Positions 27,630 to 37,683 of a stretch of 64,000 bases of DNA are shown here, piece by piece; the stretch's first letter is position 1; each line of letters begins with the position of its first letter. The notes beneath the pieces were generated by a model. That model did no database searches, was not told where the DNA came from, and saw only the letters and a program-made list of their open reading frames with translations. Where the stretch lies: NCBI GenBank assembly GCA_016931515.1, contig JAFGEQ010000006.1, positions 24,649-88,648 on the forward strand, in the 5' to 3' direction. The position numbers and the translations under genes were made by a program. This DNA comes from a candidate division CSSED10-310 bacterium (GTDB lineage Bacteria > CSSED10-310).

Positions 27630-28103
27630 ATGGGATATTATTCGATTAAAACAAACAGCGCGGGCGAAACGCGCCGGTTGGGAGCGATTCTGGGAGGGTT
27701 CCTGCTGCCTGGGGATTGTATTCCGTTGCTTGGGGAGATGGGAAGTGGCAAAACCTGTTTTGTTCAAGGTGTCGCAGAAGGATTGGGGGTATCAAATGAC
27801 ACAATCATCTGTAGCCCATCGTTCACGTTGATTAACCAGTATTCCGGGCGGATTCCCTTGTATCATATTGATCTTTTTCGTCTTAATTCGTGCCGGGATC
27901 TGGAAGATCTGGAGATTATCGATCTGATTCATGGAGACGGTGTAACGATGATCGAATGGCCGCAGATTGTTCTACCTGGACTTCCCGAGATCATATTACG
28001 AATTGAATTTAATTGGGACATGACATCGGAAACAACACGAATCATATCTTTCATATCGGATACAGATCGTTTTGATGCTCTGGTCGGAGCGCTGCATGAT
28101 TAA
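27630..28103 (+). CDS. tsaE: tRNA threonylcarbamoyladenosine biosynthesis ATPase TsaE
   Basis: P-loop LLGEMGSGKT, ~155 aa, directly upstream of tsaD. Confidence 0.8.
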   Translation: MGYYSIKTNSAGETRRLGAILGGFLLPGDCIPLLGEMGSGKTCFVQGVAEGLGVSNDTIICSPSFTLINQYSGRIPLYHIDLFRLNSCRDLEDLEIIDLIHGDGVTMIEWPQIVLPGLPEIILRIEFNWDMTSETTRIISFISDTDRFDALVGALHD

Positions 28104-29103
28104 CATTCTTGGCATCGAATCTTCGTGTGACGATTCATCGGTTGCAATTGTCGGCGACGGGGTGAATATTCTTGGCAACGTCGTTGCAAACCAGGAAGCC
28201 TATCATAAGAAGTATGGAGGGATAGTTCCAGAGATAGCAGCCAGGAAACACATGGAGCATATGCTGCCGGTCCTGGACCATTGTTTCAACGAATCAGGGC
28301 TGACAATAGATGATATTGATGCTATCGCAGTCACTCATAGACCCGGTCTGGTCGGATCGCTGATTGTTGGTCTGACTGTTGCGAAAACACTCGCCTATAT
28401 TCATCAAAAACCTTTGATCGGTATTCACCATATAGAAGCTCATGCATATGCTGCCTGCCTTGCGGGTCTAAAATATGGGACACCGCATGTTGCACTGGTT
28501 GCTTCCGGGGGCCATACATCACTATTACGCATGTCTGAAGAAGGACGGATGGCGTTGATTGGTCAAACTTTGGACGATGCTGCCGGTGAGGCTTTTGATA
28601 AGGTTTCCAAGCTACTTGGTTTTGGATATCCAGGCGGTCCGGTGATCGATCGGATGGCGGCTGAATGCAATCATACGGGAATTGAATTTCCAAGACCAAT
28701 GTTATCCAGTCCTGACTTCAATTTCAGTTTTTCCGGTTTAAAAACAGCGGTGATGTATCATCGGAAAAAGCATTCGGAATCCTCCTCTGAGCAAATCGCA
28801 ACCGCTTTCCAAGAAGCCGTCGTGGATGTTCTTGTCTCAAAATCTTTGCAGGCAACCCAAAAACTGGGACTCAACACGTTAAGCGTAGTCGGAGGTGTTG
28901 CCGCCAACAGCGCACTTCGCAGGAAGTTCAAAGAAATTTGTGATAAGAGAGGACTCTCTCTATTCATCCCCCCGTCTCGACTTTGCACCGATAACGCCGC
29001 CATGGTTGCGGGTCTCGGTTATCAGAAATATATCCGGAACCTGTTAGATCCATTGACTTTAGGGGTGTGTTCCCATTCTGGAATGATTCTCCAGAAAATG
29101 TAA
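28096..29103 (+). CDS. tsaD: tRNA N6-adenosine threonylcarbamoyltransferase TsaD (Kae1/Gcp)
   Basis: MINILGIESSCDDSSVAIV N-terminus, HH metal motif (GIHHIEAHAY); ATG 28096 overlaps tsaE 3' end. Confidence 0.9.
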   Translation: MINILGIESSCDDSSVAIVGDGVNILGNVVANQEAYHKKYGGIVPEIAARKHMEHMLPVLDHCFNESGLTIDDIDAIAVTHRPGLVGSLIVGLTVAKTLAYIHQKPLIGIHHIEAHAYAACLAGLKYGTPHVALVASGGHTSLLRMSEEGRMALIGQTLDDAAGEAFDKVSKLLGFGYPGGPVIDRMAAECNHTGIEFPRPMLSSPDFNFSFSGLKTAVMYHRKKHSESSSEQIATAFQEAVVDVLVSKSLQATQKLGLNTLSVVGGVAANSALRRKFKEICDKRGLSLFIPPSRLCTDNAAMVAGLGYQKYIRNLLDPLTLGVCSHSGMILQKM

Positions 29104-29126
29104 CAAACGCTGTATCTCTCTTCAGT

Positions 29127-29150
29127 AACCGTCAAATACTCACGGTTTTT
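29127..29150 (+). terminator. candidate intrinsic terminator after tsaD
   Basis: AACCGT-caaatactc-ACGGTT hairpin followed by TTTTT; short stem, by-eye. Confidence 0.3.
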
Positions 29151-29327
29151 CCTACATTTTGTCAATAAATACAATTATATACAAAAGCAATACATGTTTT
29201 TTACAGTCCCGAGGGATCTCTCCACTTGACACTTTCCCCGTTTTTTTATCGTCATAATCAATTTCGAAAAAATTAAATGAGCAACAAATCCTTTTATTAT
29301 TTGGGAGTTACAGATCAGTCCCTTAAA

Positions 29328-29342
29328 TGGCACATGGATTGC
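29328..29342 (+). promoter_or_regulatory. sigma54 (RpoN) -24/-12 promoter element upstream of comEA-ssb
   Basis: TGGCAC-ATGGA-TTGC: GG and GC separated by 10 nt exactly as in the TGGCAC-N5-TTGC consensus; 38 nt upstream of TTG start 29380, followed by AAAGGAGG RBS at 29364-29371. Confidence 0.55.
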
Positions 29343-29379
29343 CTAAGAAATTGTCGATGTCAGAAAGGAGGCGAATAAT

Positions 29380-29739
29380 TTGGCGACTCGTTGGACACTA
29401 TCTCTCGTAGCTTTTGTAATCATGATTTCATTACCATCGATCCTTTGGAACGCACCATCACCTATCGATCTTAATCAAGCGACTCAAACACAGTTAGAAC
29501 TAATTCCTGGGATCGGACCCGCGACTGCGTCTCGGATTATTCTGGAACGAAACCGGCGAGGAGGATTCCGGACTGTGAATGATTTGCTGAAGATTCGGGG
29601 AATCGGTCGAAAGACTCTGAGAAAAATTGAGAAATATCTGATCATTGAGAGGAATAATCTTCCGGACGTCAAGCCGGAGGTTGTAGATCAGGAAGTAACA
29701 ACGGGAAAGTATCAACCATTTAAAAGGAGATCGTTATGA
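29380..29739 (+). CDS. comEA: ComEA-family helix-hairpin-helix DNA-binding protein
   Basis: Signal/TM anchor then LNQATQTQLELIPGIGPATASRIILERNRRGGFRTVNDLLKIRGIGRKTLRKI; TTG start. Confidence 0.75.
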   Translation: MATRWTLSLVAFVIMISLPSILWNAPSPIDLNQATQTQLELIPGIGPATASRIILERNRRGGFRTVNDLLKIRGIGRKTLRKIEKYLIIERNNLPDVKPEVVDQEVTTGKYQPFKRRSL

Positions 29740-30086
29740 TAAATTCAGTCACAATTATAGGGCGACTCGGTCAGGATCCGGAACTGCGAACGACGGAGAA
29801 TGGAACGAGCATGGTCAATTTCAGTCTGGCGCACAATGAGATACGCCTGGTTAACGGCAACCGGGAAACAACACCACACTGGTTTAAATGCATCGCATTC
29901 GGATCACTTGCTCAACTATGCGTCGAATACCTTCACAAGGGATCCCGGATCGGTGTTTCAGGAAGCTTGAAGCAGCGAAATTGGGAAGCTGATGATGGTA
30001 ACAAGCGAAGTTTGGTAGAAATCCTTGTGAAGGACATCGAATTCCTTTCTTCGAATCGCAGCAACGGCACTGATGATGAAAGCTGA
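29736..30086 (+). CDS. ssb: single-stranded DNA-binding protein
   Basis: OB-fold SSB N-terminus MINSVTIIGRLGQDPELRTTENGTSMVNFSLA; short (116 aa) with acidic C-terminal tail DDES; ATGA overlap with comEA. Confidence 0.8.
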   Translation: MINSVTIIGRLGQDPELRTTENGTSMVNFSLAHNEIRLVNGNRETTPHWFKCIAFGSLAQLCVEYLHKGSRIGVSGSLKQRNWEADDGNKRSLVEILVKDIEFLSSNRSNGTDDES

Positions 30087-30100
30087 TTAATTGGTATGTA

Positions 30101-30152
30101 GGAAGCTCCCGGATCGTCAATGTCTTCACTTCACCTTATTCCGGGAGTTTCC
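30101..30152. terminator. inverted repeat between convergent ssb and uvrD ends (possible bidirectional terminator or binding site)
   Basis: 13-nt arms ggaagctcccgga / tccgggagtttcc (1 mismatch) separated by 26 nt; loop is long for a canonical terminator. Confidence 0.25.
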
Positions 30153-30160
30153 TTTCTGGT

Positions 30161-32296
30161 TCAATGCATTCGTGTCAGGTTGGCGGGACCGGCAAGAATT
30201 TTTTTCGGCCCAAATCGATCGAATCGAATTGTCAGACGAGCCTGGGGACCCGAGCCAATACAATGAAGAACGGTTCCCAATCCCCAACTGGGATGCCGAA
30301 TTCTATCTCCGGTTTTATAGTCGGATCGCAGCGACAATTCCGTTACTGGGGATTTAAAATTTCTTTCCATGGTCATGCTTTGGTCTTCGATGCATTTGTC
30401 CGGTATCTCCGCCAAGAAACGGGATGCCTGCTGCTGAATCGGACGCCCATATAAAAAGCGTTGCCGAGCCGCAAACAGGAATAATTTTTCCATGGCTCGT
30501 GTCATTCCAACATAGAGAAGACGTCGTTCCTCCTCTATTTCAGCCGGATCAAGGGATGTGTCCGATCGTATCAACGGACAGAGGTTTTCTTCAATCCCCG
30601 TGATGAACACAACGGGGAATTCAAGACCTTTAGCATTGTGCAGTGTCATTAATTGAACGAGATCCCTTTTCTGCTCGGTCTGATCATCATCCGATTCACT
30701 GTAAAGCGAAAGATAATCTGCAAAATCAGCCAACCGGCTCTCTTCACGATCCGAAAACTCTGCTACAGTGTTTTCAAATTCTTCAATGATCTCGAGTGAT
30801 GTTCTTGCTTCGGTTGACATCTCCGATTCGAACATCTCCCGATAACCCGTCACATCGATCATGTAATCAATGAACTCATTCGCCCGATGTGTGCGCTCAA
30901 AATGAATCAAATCTAAAATCAATTCGTGAAATTTAAGAATATTTTTCAGTTTGTTATCCGTCAATAAACCACTGTCTGATATGCTTTCAATTGTTGAAAA
31001 CAAATCGAGATTTCTCTTCAGCGCTTCCTTTTCAAGGATCTCGATAGTTGTTTTTCCGATGCCCCTCCGAGGTACGTTAATGATCCGCCGACAAGCTCCT
31101 GAATCAAAGGGATTTAAAACCAACCGCATGTATGCGAGCAAATCTTTAACTTCCTTTCGTTTAAAAAAACTGATGTTGCCCACTACACGATACGGAATCT
31201 GAAAACTGTGCATAATTTCTTCAAGTAATCTGGATTGAGCATTGATTCGGTAAAAAATTGCCATTTCACCAAACTTTCTGCCCTTTTTCTCTACCAATGA
31301 TGTGATTTGTCGGCCTACCGCCTCCGCTTCAGATCGATCAGTCGGCCAGATTGTCCGGATAATCAGATCGCCGTCTTTCTGCTCCGTCCAAAGGTTTTTA
31401 GGATTTCGATGGATGTTGTGACTCATCAATGCCGAGGCAGCAGACAATATTACCTGCGTCGAACGATAATTCTGTTCAAGCTTGATCACTTTGGCTCCAG
31501 GAAAATCACGCGCGAAATTAAGAATGTTTGAGACTTCAGCGCCACGCCAACGGTAAATTGATTGATCGTCATCACCCACCGCCATGATATTCCGATACCT
31601 CTGGCCGAGGAGTTGCACCCATTCGTACTGAGCCGAATTTGTATCCTGGTATTCATCTATCATGATGTATCGGTATCGGTTTTGGTATTTTTCCAGAATG
31701 GCGGGTTCCTGGCGAAACAGCATGACTGATTTGATGATCAGATCATCAAAATCAAGAGCATGATCTGCCCGAAGTCCTCGTTCATAGATTTCGTAGACAT
31801 CCGCTACTGTCTGGAGAAAGGGGTTACCGGAAGCATTTTCTTTCATGGAAGATGGGGATTCAAACCGGTTCTTTGCTTTACTGATAGCAGTAATCAGTTG
31901 TTTACCGGTGATTTTATCAGGATTGACACCCGATTCCGCCATTGCCTTTTTAATACGAGCTACCTGATCAGCTTCATCTGCGATTGTAAAATTGGCATGA
32001 ACCTGAAGGTGTTGATGTTCGACCCGGAGAATTTTTGCACAAATAGAGTGAAATGTACCGATCGTCAATCGGACTTCAGGTCCGGCCATCGAATGGATTC
32101 GCTCCTTCATCTCATTGGCGGCCTTGTTAGTGAACGTTATCGCGAGTATCTGCCAAGCCGGCACACCGGCAAAACAGATTAAATGATTTATCCTATTGAC
32201 AATAACCCGAGTCTTTCCGCTCCCGGCACCCGCTAGAACCAGGATCGGACCATCTTTATGTTTGACAGCGATTTCCTGCTGATGATTAAGAATCAT
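30161..32296 (-). CDS. ATP-dependent DNA helicase, UvrD/PcrA/Rep family
   Basis: Walker A AGAGSGKT near N-terminus, 711 aa, SF1 helicase motifs along the length. Confidence 0.85.
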   Translation of the reverse strand: MILNHQQEIAVKHKDGPILVLAGAGSGKTRVIVNRINHLICFAGVPAWQILAITFTNKAANEMKERIHSMAGPEVRLTIGTFHSICAKILRVEHQHLQVHANFTIADEADQVARIKKAMAESGVNPDKITGKQLITAISKAKNRFESPSSMKENASGNPFLQTVADVYEIYERGLRADHALDFDDLIIKSVMLFRQEPAILEKYQNRYRYIMIDEYQDTNSAQYEWVQLLGQRYRNIMAVGDDDQSIYRWRGAEVSNILNFARDFPGAKVIKLEQNYRSTQVILSAASALMSHNIHRNPKNLWTEQKDGDLIIRTIWPTDRSEAEAVGRQITSLVEKKGRKFGEMAIFYRINAQSRLLEEIMHSFQIPYRVVGNISFFKRKEVKDLLAYMRLVLNPFDSGACRRIINVPRRGIGKTTIEILEKEALKRNLDLFSTIESISDSGLLTDNKLKNILKFHELILDLIHFERTHRANEFIDYMIDVTGYREMFESEMSTEARTSLEIIEEFENTVAEFSDREESRLADFADYLSLYSESDDDQTEQKRDLVQLMTLHNAKGLEFPVVFITGIEENLCPLIRSDTSLDPAEIEEERRLLYVGMTRAMEKLFLFAARQRFLYGRPIQQQASRFLAEIPDKCIEDQSMTMERNFKSPVTELSLRSDYKTGDRIRHPSWGLGTVLHCIGSGPQARLTIRFDRFGPKKILAGPANLTRMH

Positions 32297-32336
32297 TCCT
32301 TGTTTCCATCAAATGATTACAGTTTTAGGATTTGGA

Positions 32337-33170
32337 TTAATCGAGGTAATTGGAACCCAGCAGGTCTTTCAGAAGTTCCTGATTAACTGTTTCCAATTCA
32401 ATATCAATGGCATCCGTTTCCGATGCAGGACCCGCGAGTAAAACGGTGACATTGTCCGGAGCGCCCCTGTCTAGTGTTGTTTGGATATAGCCTTTGACTG
32501 CCTGCTCAATGTCTTTCTCATACATGCCGAACTCTTCGCATAATTCCCAGTCCTCCATCACACCGCTCAATCCATCCGTGCAGAGCAGGAATACATCATT
32601 GAGATGAATTGGTACAACAAGCGTGTCAACCAGAATATCCTCGGAACCGCCCAACGCCCGGGTAATCACATTTTTCAACGTGTAGAATTCCGCATCTCTT
32701 TGCGATATCTGATGTTGATCCAGCATCTCTTGAATCTGAGTGTGATCCTTTGTAAGTTGCGTGATCTCTCCATTTGAAATTCGATAAATCCGGGAATCTC
32801 CAACATGGCAGATAATGCCATACCCCCCGACAATCTTCATCATATCGATCGTGGTTCCCATTCCAAACAACTCCGGGCGGTCTTCGGCAATCTTATACAA
32901 CTCTGAATTCGCACAGATAACAGCTGATCGACACATCTCCTGGTGAATCAAAATCATATCATCAATATCTTGATCCTCCGTATCGATGGGTACTTGCTTG
33001 GCAAGGAAATCGAGTATAGCCCTAATGGCAAGACGACTTGCCAAATCCCCTGCCTGATGCCCACCCATCCCATCGGCAACAATAAACATGGCTCGTTCTC
33101 GATCAATATGAAACGCGTCCTGATTGACCGATCTCTTGCATCCGATATCTGTTTGTCCAAATGCTTCCAT
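32337..33170 (-). CDS. PP2C-family Ser/Thr protein phosphatase
   Basis: FIVADGMGGHQAGDLAS metal-binding motif, CTDGL motif; 277 aa. Confidence 0.85.
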   Translation of the reverse strand: MEAFGQTDIGCKRSVNQDAFHIDRERAMFIVADGMGGHQAGDLASRLAIRAILDFLAKQVPIDTEDQDIDDMILIHQEMCRSAVICANSELYKIAEDRPELFGMGTTIDMMKIVGGYGIICHVGDSRIYRISNGEITQLTKDHTQIQEMLDQHQISQRDAEFYTLKNVITRALGGSEDILVDTLVVPIHLNDVFLLCTDGLSGVMEDWELCEEFGMYEKDIEQAVKGYIQTTLDRGAPDNVTVLLAGPASETDAIDIELETVNQELLKDLLGSNYLD

Positions 33171-33182
33171 GTCGTCTCCATG

Positions 33183-36100
33183 TCAATCGTCAAAGAGAAA
33201 TTCGTTACCTGACGGTATCATTATACCCATAGATTTCATTTTTTGAAACAGTGTTTGTCGTGAAACTCCCAGTATTTCCGCTGAACGCATAATGTTCGCG
33301 TTACAATGATGCAAAACCCGCCTGATATAATCCACCTGTACTTTCGCACTAACTTCTGCCAGAGTTTTATTAAATGAAGACGAAGAACTCTGTATCCATA
33401 CCTGCAAATCATCTCTGTCGATCACTTGACCGTCCTCTGAATAATTTACTGCGATCTCCATTGTGTTCTGTAATTCCCGGACATTTCCAGACCAATATCG
33501 TATCCGCAACCATTCGATCGCCCGATCACTCAGAGACAGATTCCGCCGTCCGATTAGTTTGCTGAACTCGTTCAGAAAGCTCTCCGCCAATATGCCAATA
33601 TCCTCCAGCCTGTCCCGCAAAGCAGGTGCTTCCAAAGAAATAACAACCAATCTATAGTACAGATCCTGTCGAAATCTATTCTGTTCGATCTCCAGGCGCA
33701 AATCTTTATGTGTGGCTGAAATAATCCTGATATCAACCGGAATATCCACATCTGATCCGACCGGTCGGATGCTTCGCTCCTGGATCGCTCTTAAAAGTTT
33801 TGCCTGGACAATTAGTGGAAGATCCGCAACCTCATCCAGAAACAGTGTTCCCCTGTCTGCTGCCAGAAATACTCCTTTTCTGGATCTGTCTGCTCCAGTG
33901 AATGCTCCTTTACAATGCCCAAACAGTTCACTTTCGACCAACGTCTCCGGACTGGTCGAGCAATTGAACGCAATAAACGGTCGATTTCGGCGTTGACCAC
34001 AAAAATGGATGGCGCGAGCTATCAATTCCTTACCTGTTCCAGTCTCACCTACAATATGAACCGTTGTTGGGCTATCAGCCAATTCACGAATTTTCTGTTT
34101 TAATCTTCGAATTACCTGCGATTGGCCGAGAATTCGATCTGCATAATCCCGGGACGGTGGTAACAATGCATGATTGTCTTTCATCATTCTCTGTTTAAAC
34201 ACTTGCCGACTGAATGCGATCGGTTTTATCAGGTGCTCAACACTCATTTTCAAATCACTGATATTCATATTTCCGGGAATCGAATCTGCTTTTTTCAACA
34301 GCAAGAAACCCCTTTCCGATACCACCTTTGGAAAACGGAAAGCGATCCATGAACCAATTTCGATTGATCCAGATCCGTCACTATCTCTTCCACGGCCAAT
34401 CCTGCCCAAAATGAATCGCTGCTCCTGCAATCCGGGTGCCTCACCCCAGGCATCACGCCAATTCCAGCGATCTTCCGCTTCTATCAGGTAACAACCTGAA
34501 GAAACACCCGTCAGTGAATGTAGTTTTTCTTTTATATAGTGATTATGACTCTCGAACGATTCCGCGTCGAAAATTGCGTCAGTAAACGTGTGAATCTCAT
34601 TTTGAGGTACTACCCCTGTGTTGTTACTCTCCGGCCGGCTTTTCAGAAGCATTTTGACCGCCATAGACCATCGACATTCATCTCCTATTCGTTCCGCCAG
34701 GGTAACCAGTTTTGTCATTTTTCCAGTCTCCCTTGAAAGATCCGGTTCTTCAGTAATCATCGAATCCATCAGATGGTCCCAGACAAGTTGACCCTGTCTT
34801 AGAAATTCGGCTTGTTCAATTGTTGGTCGAGGAATTCGATGAGTATCTATCCCTGATGGTAACCAGGGATTCTCGCGATACGCTATTTCATAAAGTGATT
34901 TTAGAACAGAATGCTCTGTTTTCACGTATCGTCGAGTTCGCCATACAGGATCATCCATAATTCGGTCGATTCGTGTCATCAATTCGGCGGGAATCGAAGC
35001 AGGCGTTCGGAATAGTTCCCTGAGATATTGAACACTTACCGCTGGTTGATTTAGTTTTCCAGCCACAACAGCGCCCCCCAAAGCAGCAATTGCGAATCGA
35101 AAGTGCCCGGTTTGACCACTCGTTTCACGAAAGAGGCGATCAATATAATTCGCGGCCTGATTGATTTTTCCATCGTCCAACAGCATGTCAAGACGATGGA
35201 GTGCCAACATGCTATGCAATGCGTCGCGGTAACCTCTTTTTAACAGATTATCGACTAATCTCAGACATCGTGCTTCTCGTACCGTGTTGCCATTCATTCC
35301 GTGCATCCGGGCGATATCCATCATGATATGGGCACCAAGGGTTCGATTTGTCTGCCGTTCGATTGTTCGAAGAGCATACTGGAACAGGTCGCGAGATTGA
35401 TTTATATCTCCTCCAAGCAATGCCTGCCTGCCTAAAAGCCACAGGTTTTCAGCGTGTGTGGCATCATCGAGTTGGTTGTCAGAACAGAGTTTGTTGATGA
35501 TCACACTCGCTAAGGATTCCTGCCCCAGTTCCTGACAACGGACAACCGCCATAACTACCAGAGGCCGCAGATCGGAGTGTTCGATATCCTGGTTACTCAA
35601 TTGCCAGAGATTGCATAACAGTGGAAATGAAGCATCAATACGAGCTTTGATCCTCAGCAGCAATATACGTGATTGGTAGGCGAGCGAAGAGGTCGAATCC
35701 GAAGGGAACATTTCAATCGATCGCTGAATTTTTTCCAAAGCAATCAGATAGTTTCCGCGAAGATAATCGAATTCAGCCATTTTCAATTGAATCGGCTTTG
35801 GCACTGATTCCGGCCAGGTTTCGTTACACAGGCAGAAAATTCCTTCGGCTGAGACATCGTCCACCTGAAGAAAAGCGCAGTCCAACGCTTCCACGGCGCA
35901 CTCAACAGCTTCCGGCGCTCCCAGTTTCAAAGCAGCCCAGGCTTTTGATCGCGATCGTTCGTGGAATGGTATAGCAATTGTTTTATCCGAAATTATATTG
36001 AATAATTTTCTATAGATTGCCTGCCTGCGTTCGAGGGGCGTATCCTCAATCAACTGATTCATAAATTTATGGGAATGAAAAATATATCCGTCACCAGGTA

Positions 36101-36266
36101 TATGTCTCAACAAGCTCCGGTTGACGAGTTTGCCTATAACATTAATAATACCTCTCTCCGGGTGCCGCAACATTTTCGTCAGAAGATCCGGGTCGAAAGG
36201 CTGAATCAGATGAGCAGCTGTTTGCAATAAATTTGTTTCGAATGATGTCAGCGTCCGTGTATCCAT
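33183..36266 (-). CDS. sigma54-dependent transcriptional activator with ~600-aa N-terminal sensory region
   Basis: AAA+ sigma54-interaction domain (GETGTGKELIARAIH, ESELFGHCKGAFTGA), C-terminal Fis-type HTH; long N-terminal region with no named motif. Confidence 0.8.
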   Translation of the reverse strand: MDTRTLTSFETNLLQTAAHLIQPFDPDLLTKMLRHPERGIINVIGKLVNRSLLRHIPGDGYIFHSHKFMNQLIEDTPLERRQAIYRKLFNIISDKTIAIPFHERSRSKAWAALKLGAPEAVECAVEALDCAFLQVDDVSAEGIFCLCNETWPESVPKPIQLKMAEFDYLRGNYLIALEKIQRSIEMFPSDSTSSLAYQSRILLLRIKARIDASFPLLCNLWQLSNQDIEHSDLRPLVVMAVVRCQELGQESLASVIINKLCSDNQLDDATHAENLWLLGRQALLGGDINQSRDLFQYALRTIERQTNRTLGAHIMMDIARMHGMNGNTVREARCLRLVDNLLKRGYRDALHSMLALHRLDMLLDDGKINQAANYIDRLFRETSGQTGHFRFAIAALGGAVVAGKLNQPAVSVQYLRELFRTPASIPAELMTRIDRIMDDPVWRTRRYVKTEHSVLKSLYEIAYRENPWLPSGIDTHRIPRPTIEQAEFLRQGQLVWDHLMDSMITEEPDLSRETGKMTKLVTLAERIGDECRWSMAVKMLLKSRPESNNTGVVPQNEIHTFTDAIFDAESFESHNHYIKEKLHSLTGVSSGCYLIEAEDRWNWRDAWGEAPGLQEQRFILGRIGRGRDSDGSGSIEIGSWIAFRFPKVVSERGFLLLKKADSIPGNMNISDLKMSVEHLIKPIAFSRQVFKQRMMKDNHALLPPSRDYADRILGQSQVIRRLKQKIRELADSPTTVHIVGETGTGKELIARAIHFCGQRRNRPFIAFNCSTSPETLVESELFGHCKGAFTGADRSRKGVFLAADRGTLFLDEVADLPLIVQAKLLRAIQERSIRPVGSDVDIPVDIRIISATHKDLRLEIEQNRFRQDLYYRLVVISLEAPALRDRLEDIGILAESFLNEFSKLIGRRNLSLSDRAIEWLRIRYWSGNVRELQNTMEIAVNYSEDGQVIDRDDLQVWIQSSSSSFNKTLAEVSAKVQVDYIRRVLHHCNANIMRSAEILGVSRQTLFQKMKSMGIMIPSGNEFLFDD

Positions 36267-36276
36267 CGTGTGAGAT

Positions 36277-36738
36277 CTATTTGTTTTTGGATTTCAGAAG
36301 TGCACGTAACTCATCATAAAATTGTTGAAAATCCTTAAACTGCCGGTATACGGACGCAAATCTGACATAAGCGATCTCATCGAGATCCTTGATTCGTTTG
36401 ATCACATACTCACCTATCTGCTGAGTCGAAATTTCTCTGTCTTCCGAAGCATGAAGCATCTGCTCAACTTCATCTACAAGCCCTTCTATGTCGAGCTGTT
36501 TTACCGGTCGTTTCTCGAATGCCTTGTTAAGTCCACGGAATAATTTTCCTCGATCAAACCGCTCACGCCGTCCATCCTTCTTGACGACCATATAGTGCAA
36601 CTCTTCGATTTCCTCATACGAAGTAAATCGTCTGTGGCAATTCAAACACTCGCGCCGTCGTCGGACACTTTCACCATCTCTGGCAGGTCTCGAGTCCACA
36701 ACCTTGTCTTCCAGATGACCACAAAAAGGACATTTCAT
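36277..36738 (-). CDS. nrdR: transcriptional repressor NrdR
   Basis: N-terminal zinc ribbon MKCPFCG...CLNC and ATP-cone; start set at the MKCPFC ATG (track ORF extends to GTG 36765). Confidence 0.9.
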   Translation of the reverse strand: MKCPFCGHLEDKVVDSRPARDGESVRRRRECLNCHRRFTSYEEIEELHYMVVKKDGRRERFDRGKLFRGLNKAFEKRPVKQLDIEGLVDEVEQMLHASEDREISTQQIGEYVIKRIKDLDEIAYVRFASVYRQFKDFQQFYDELRALLKSKNK

Positions 36739-36761
36739 TGGTAACCAACCTCCTGAATCGT

Positions 36762-37223
36762 TCACTCCTTCACTGAAAACTGACGTATAATGATATCGGC
36801 CTGATCCATCATCTCCTTCGCCAATTCGTCCTGATACCCTTCCGAAAAAACAACTTTCTTTATACCTGCATTAATAAGCATCTTGATGCAAACAATACAA
36901 GGCATCGTTGTACAGTACAGTGTGCCTCCTTTGATGGACGAACCGTGAACCGCTGCCTGGATGATGGCATTCTGTTCGGCGTGCAAACCACGGCATAACT
37001 CATGTCTCTGGCCGCTTGGTACAGCAAGTTGCTCTCGAAGGCAGCCTCCCTGCTGGCTACAATGACGAATTCCGGATGGAACACCATTGTAACCGGTTGC
37101 AAGAATCTGATTTTCCTTGACAATAACCGCTCCAACTTTTCGTCGAAGGCAGGTGGACCGTCTGGCAATCAAATAAACGATCTCCATAAAATATTCATCC
37201 CAAGTCGGTCGGCTGTCATTCAC
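36762..37223 (-). CDS. dCMP / deoxycytidylate deaminase (CMP/dCMP deaminase zinc-binding family)
   Basis: HAEQNAI and PCxxC ([13 protein letters not shown]) zinc motifs, N-terminal RPTWDEYFM. Confidence 0.8.
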   Translation of the reverse strand: MNDSRPTWDEYFMEIVYLIARRSTCLRRKVGAVIVKENQILATGYNGVPSGIRHCSQQGGCLREQLAVPSGQRHELCRGLHAEQNAIIQAAVHGSSIKGGTLYCTTMPCIVCIKMLINAGIKKVVFSEGYQDELAKEMMDQADIIIRQFSVKE

Positions 37224-37683
37224 AAGTCGCCTCCTCGTCAGCCGATACGATTTCTAACGCCAGCATCTTGCCAACTCTTCTGCAATGCCGCCCTCCCTCA
37301 AAAGGAGTGTCCAGAAAAACGTCCATTATCATGAGGGCCAAATCCGGTCCCACCACCCTGCTCCCAAACGTCAAAATATTGGCATCGTTATGTGCCCGGG
37401 CCATTTTTGCGGAATAGGGTTCCGATACGGTCACTGCTCGAATACCATGGGTTTTATTGGCAGAGATAGCCATACCTAATCCAGTTCCACAGATCAGGAC
37501 ACCCAATTGCGCTTCACCGGTCGAGACGGAAGCGGCCACTTTGGAGGCATAATCCGGATAGTCGACAGATTCGGCGGAGAATGTCCCGTGATCCAGAATG
37601 TCAATCCCGCGTTGATCCAGCCGCTTAACAATGATCGGTTTGAGTTCAAATCCAGCGTGATCACATCCAAATGCAATTTTCAC
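37216..37683 (-). CDS. rpiB: ribose-5-phosphate isomerase B
   Basis: [16 protein letters not shown]-terminus typical of RpiB/LacAB family. Confidence 0.85.
   Translation of the reverse strand: MKIAFGCDHAGFELKPIIVKRLDQRGIDILDHGTFSAESVDYPDYASKVAASVSTGEAQLGVLICGTGLGMAISANKTHGIRAVTVSEPYSAKMARAHNDANILTFGSRVVGPDLALMIMDVFLDTPFEGGRHCRRVGKMLALEIVSADEEATCE

Noticed and set aside
29226-29258. TTGACA ... CATAAT pair upstream of comEA
   Set aside because: Spacer is 21 nt, too long for a functional sigma70 promoter; the sigma54 element downstream is the better candidate.
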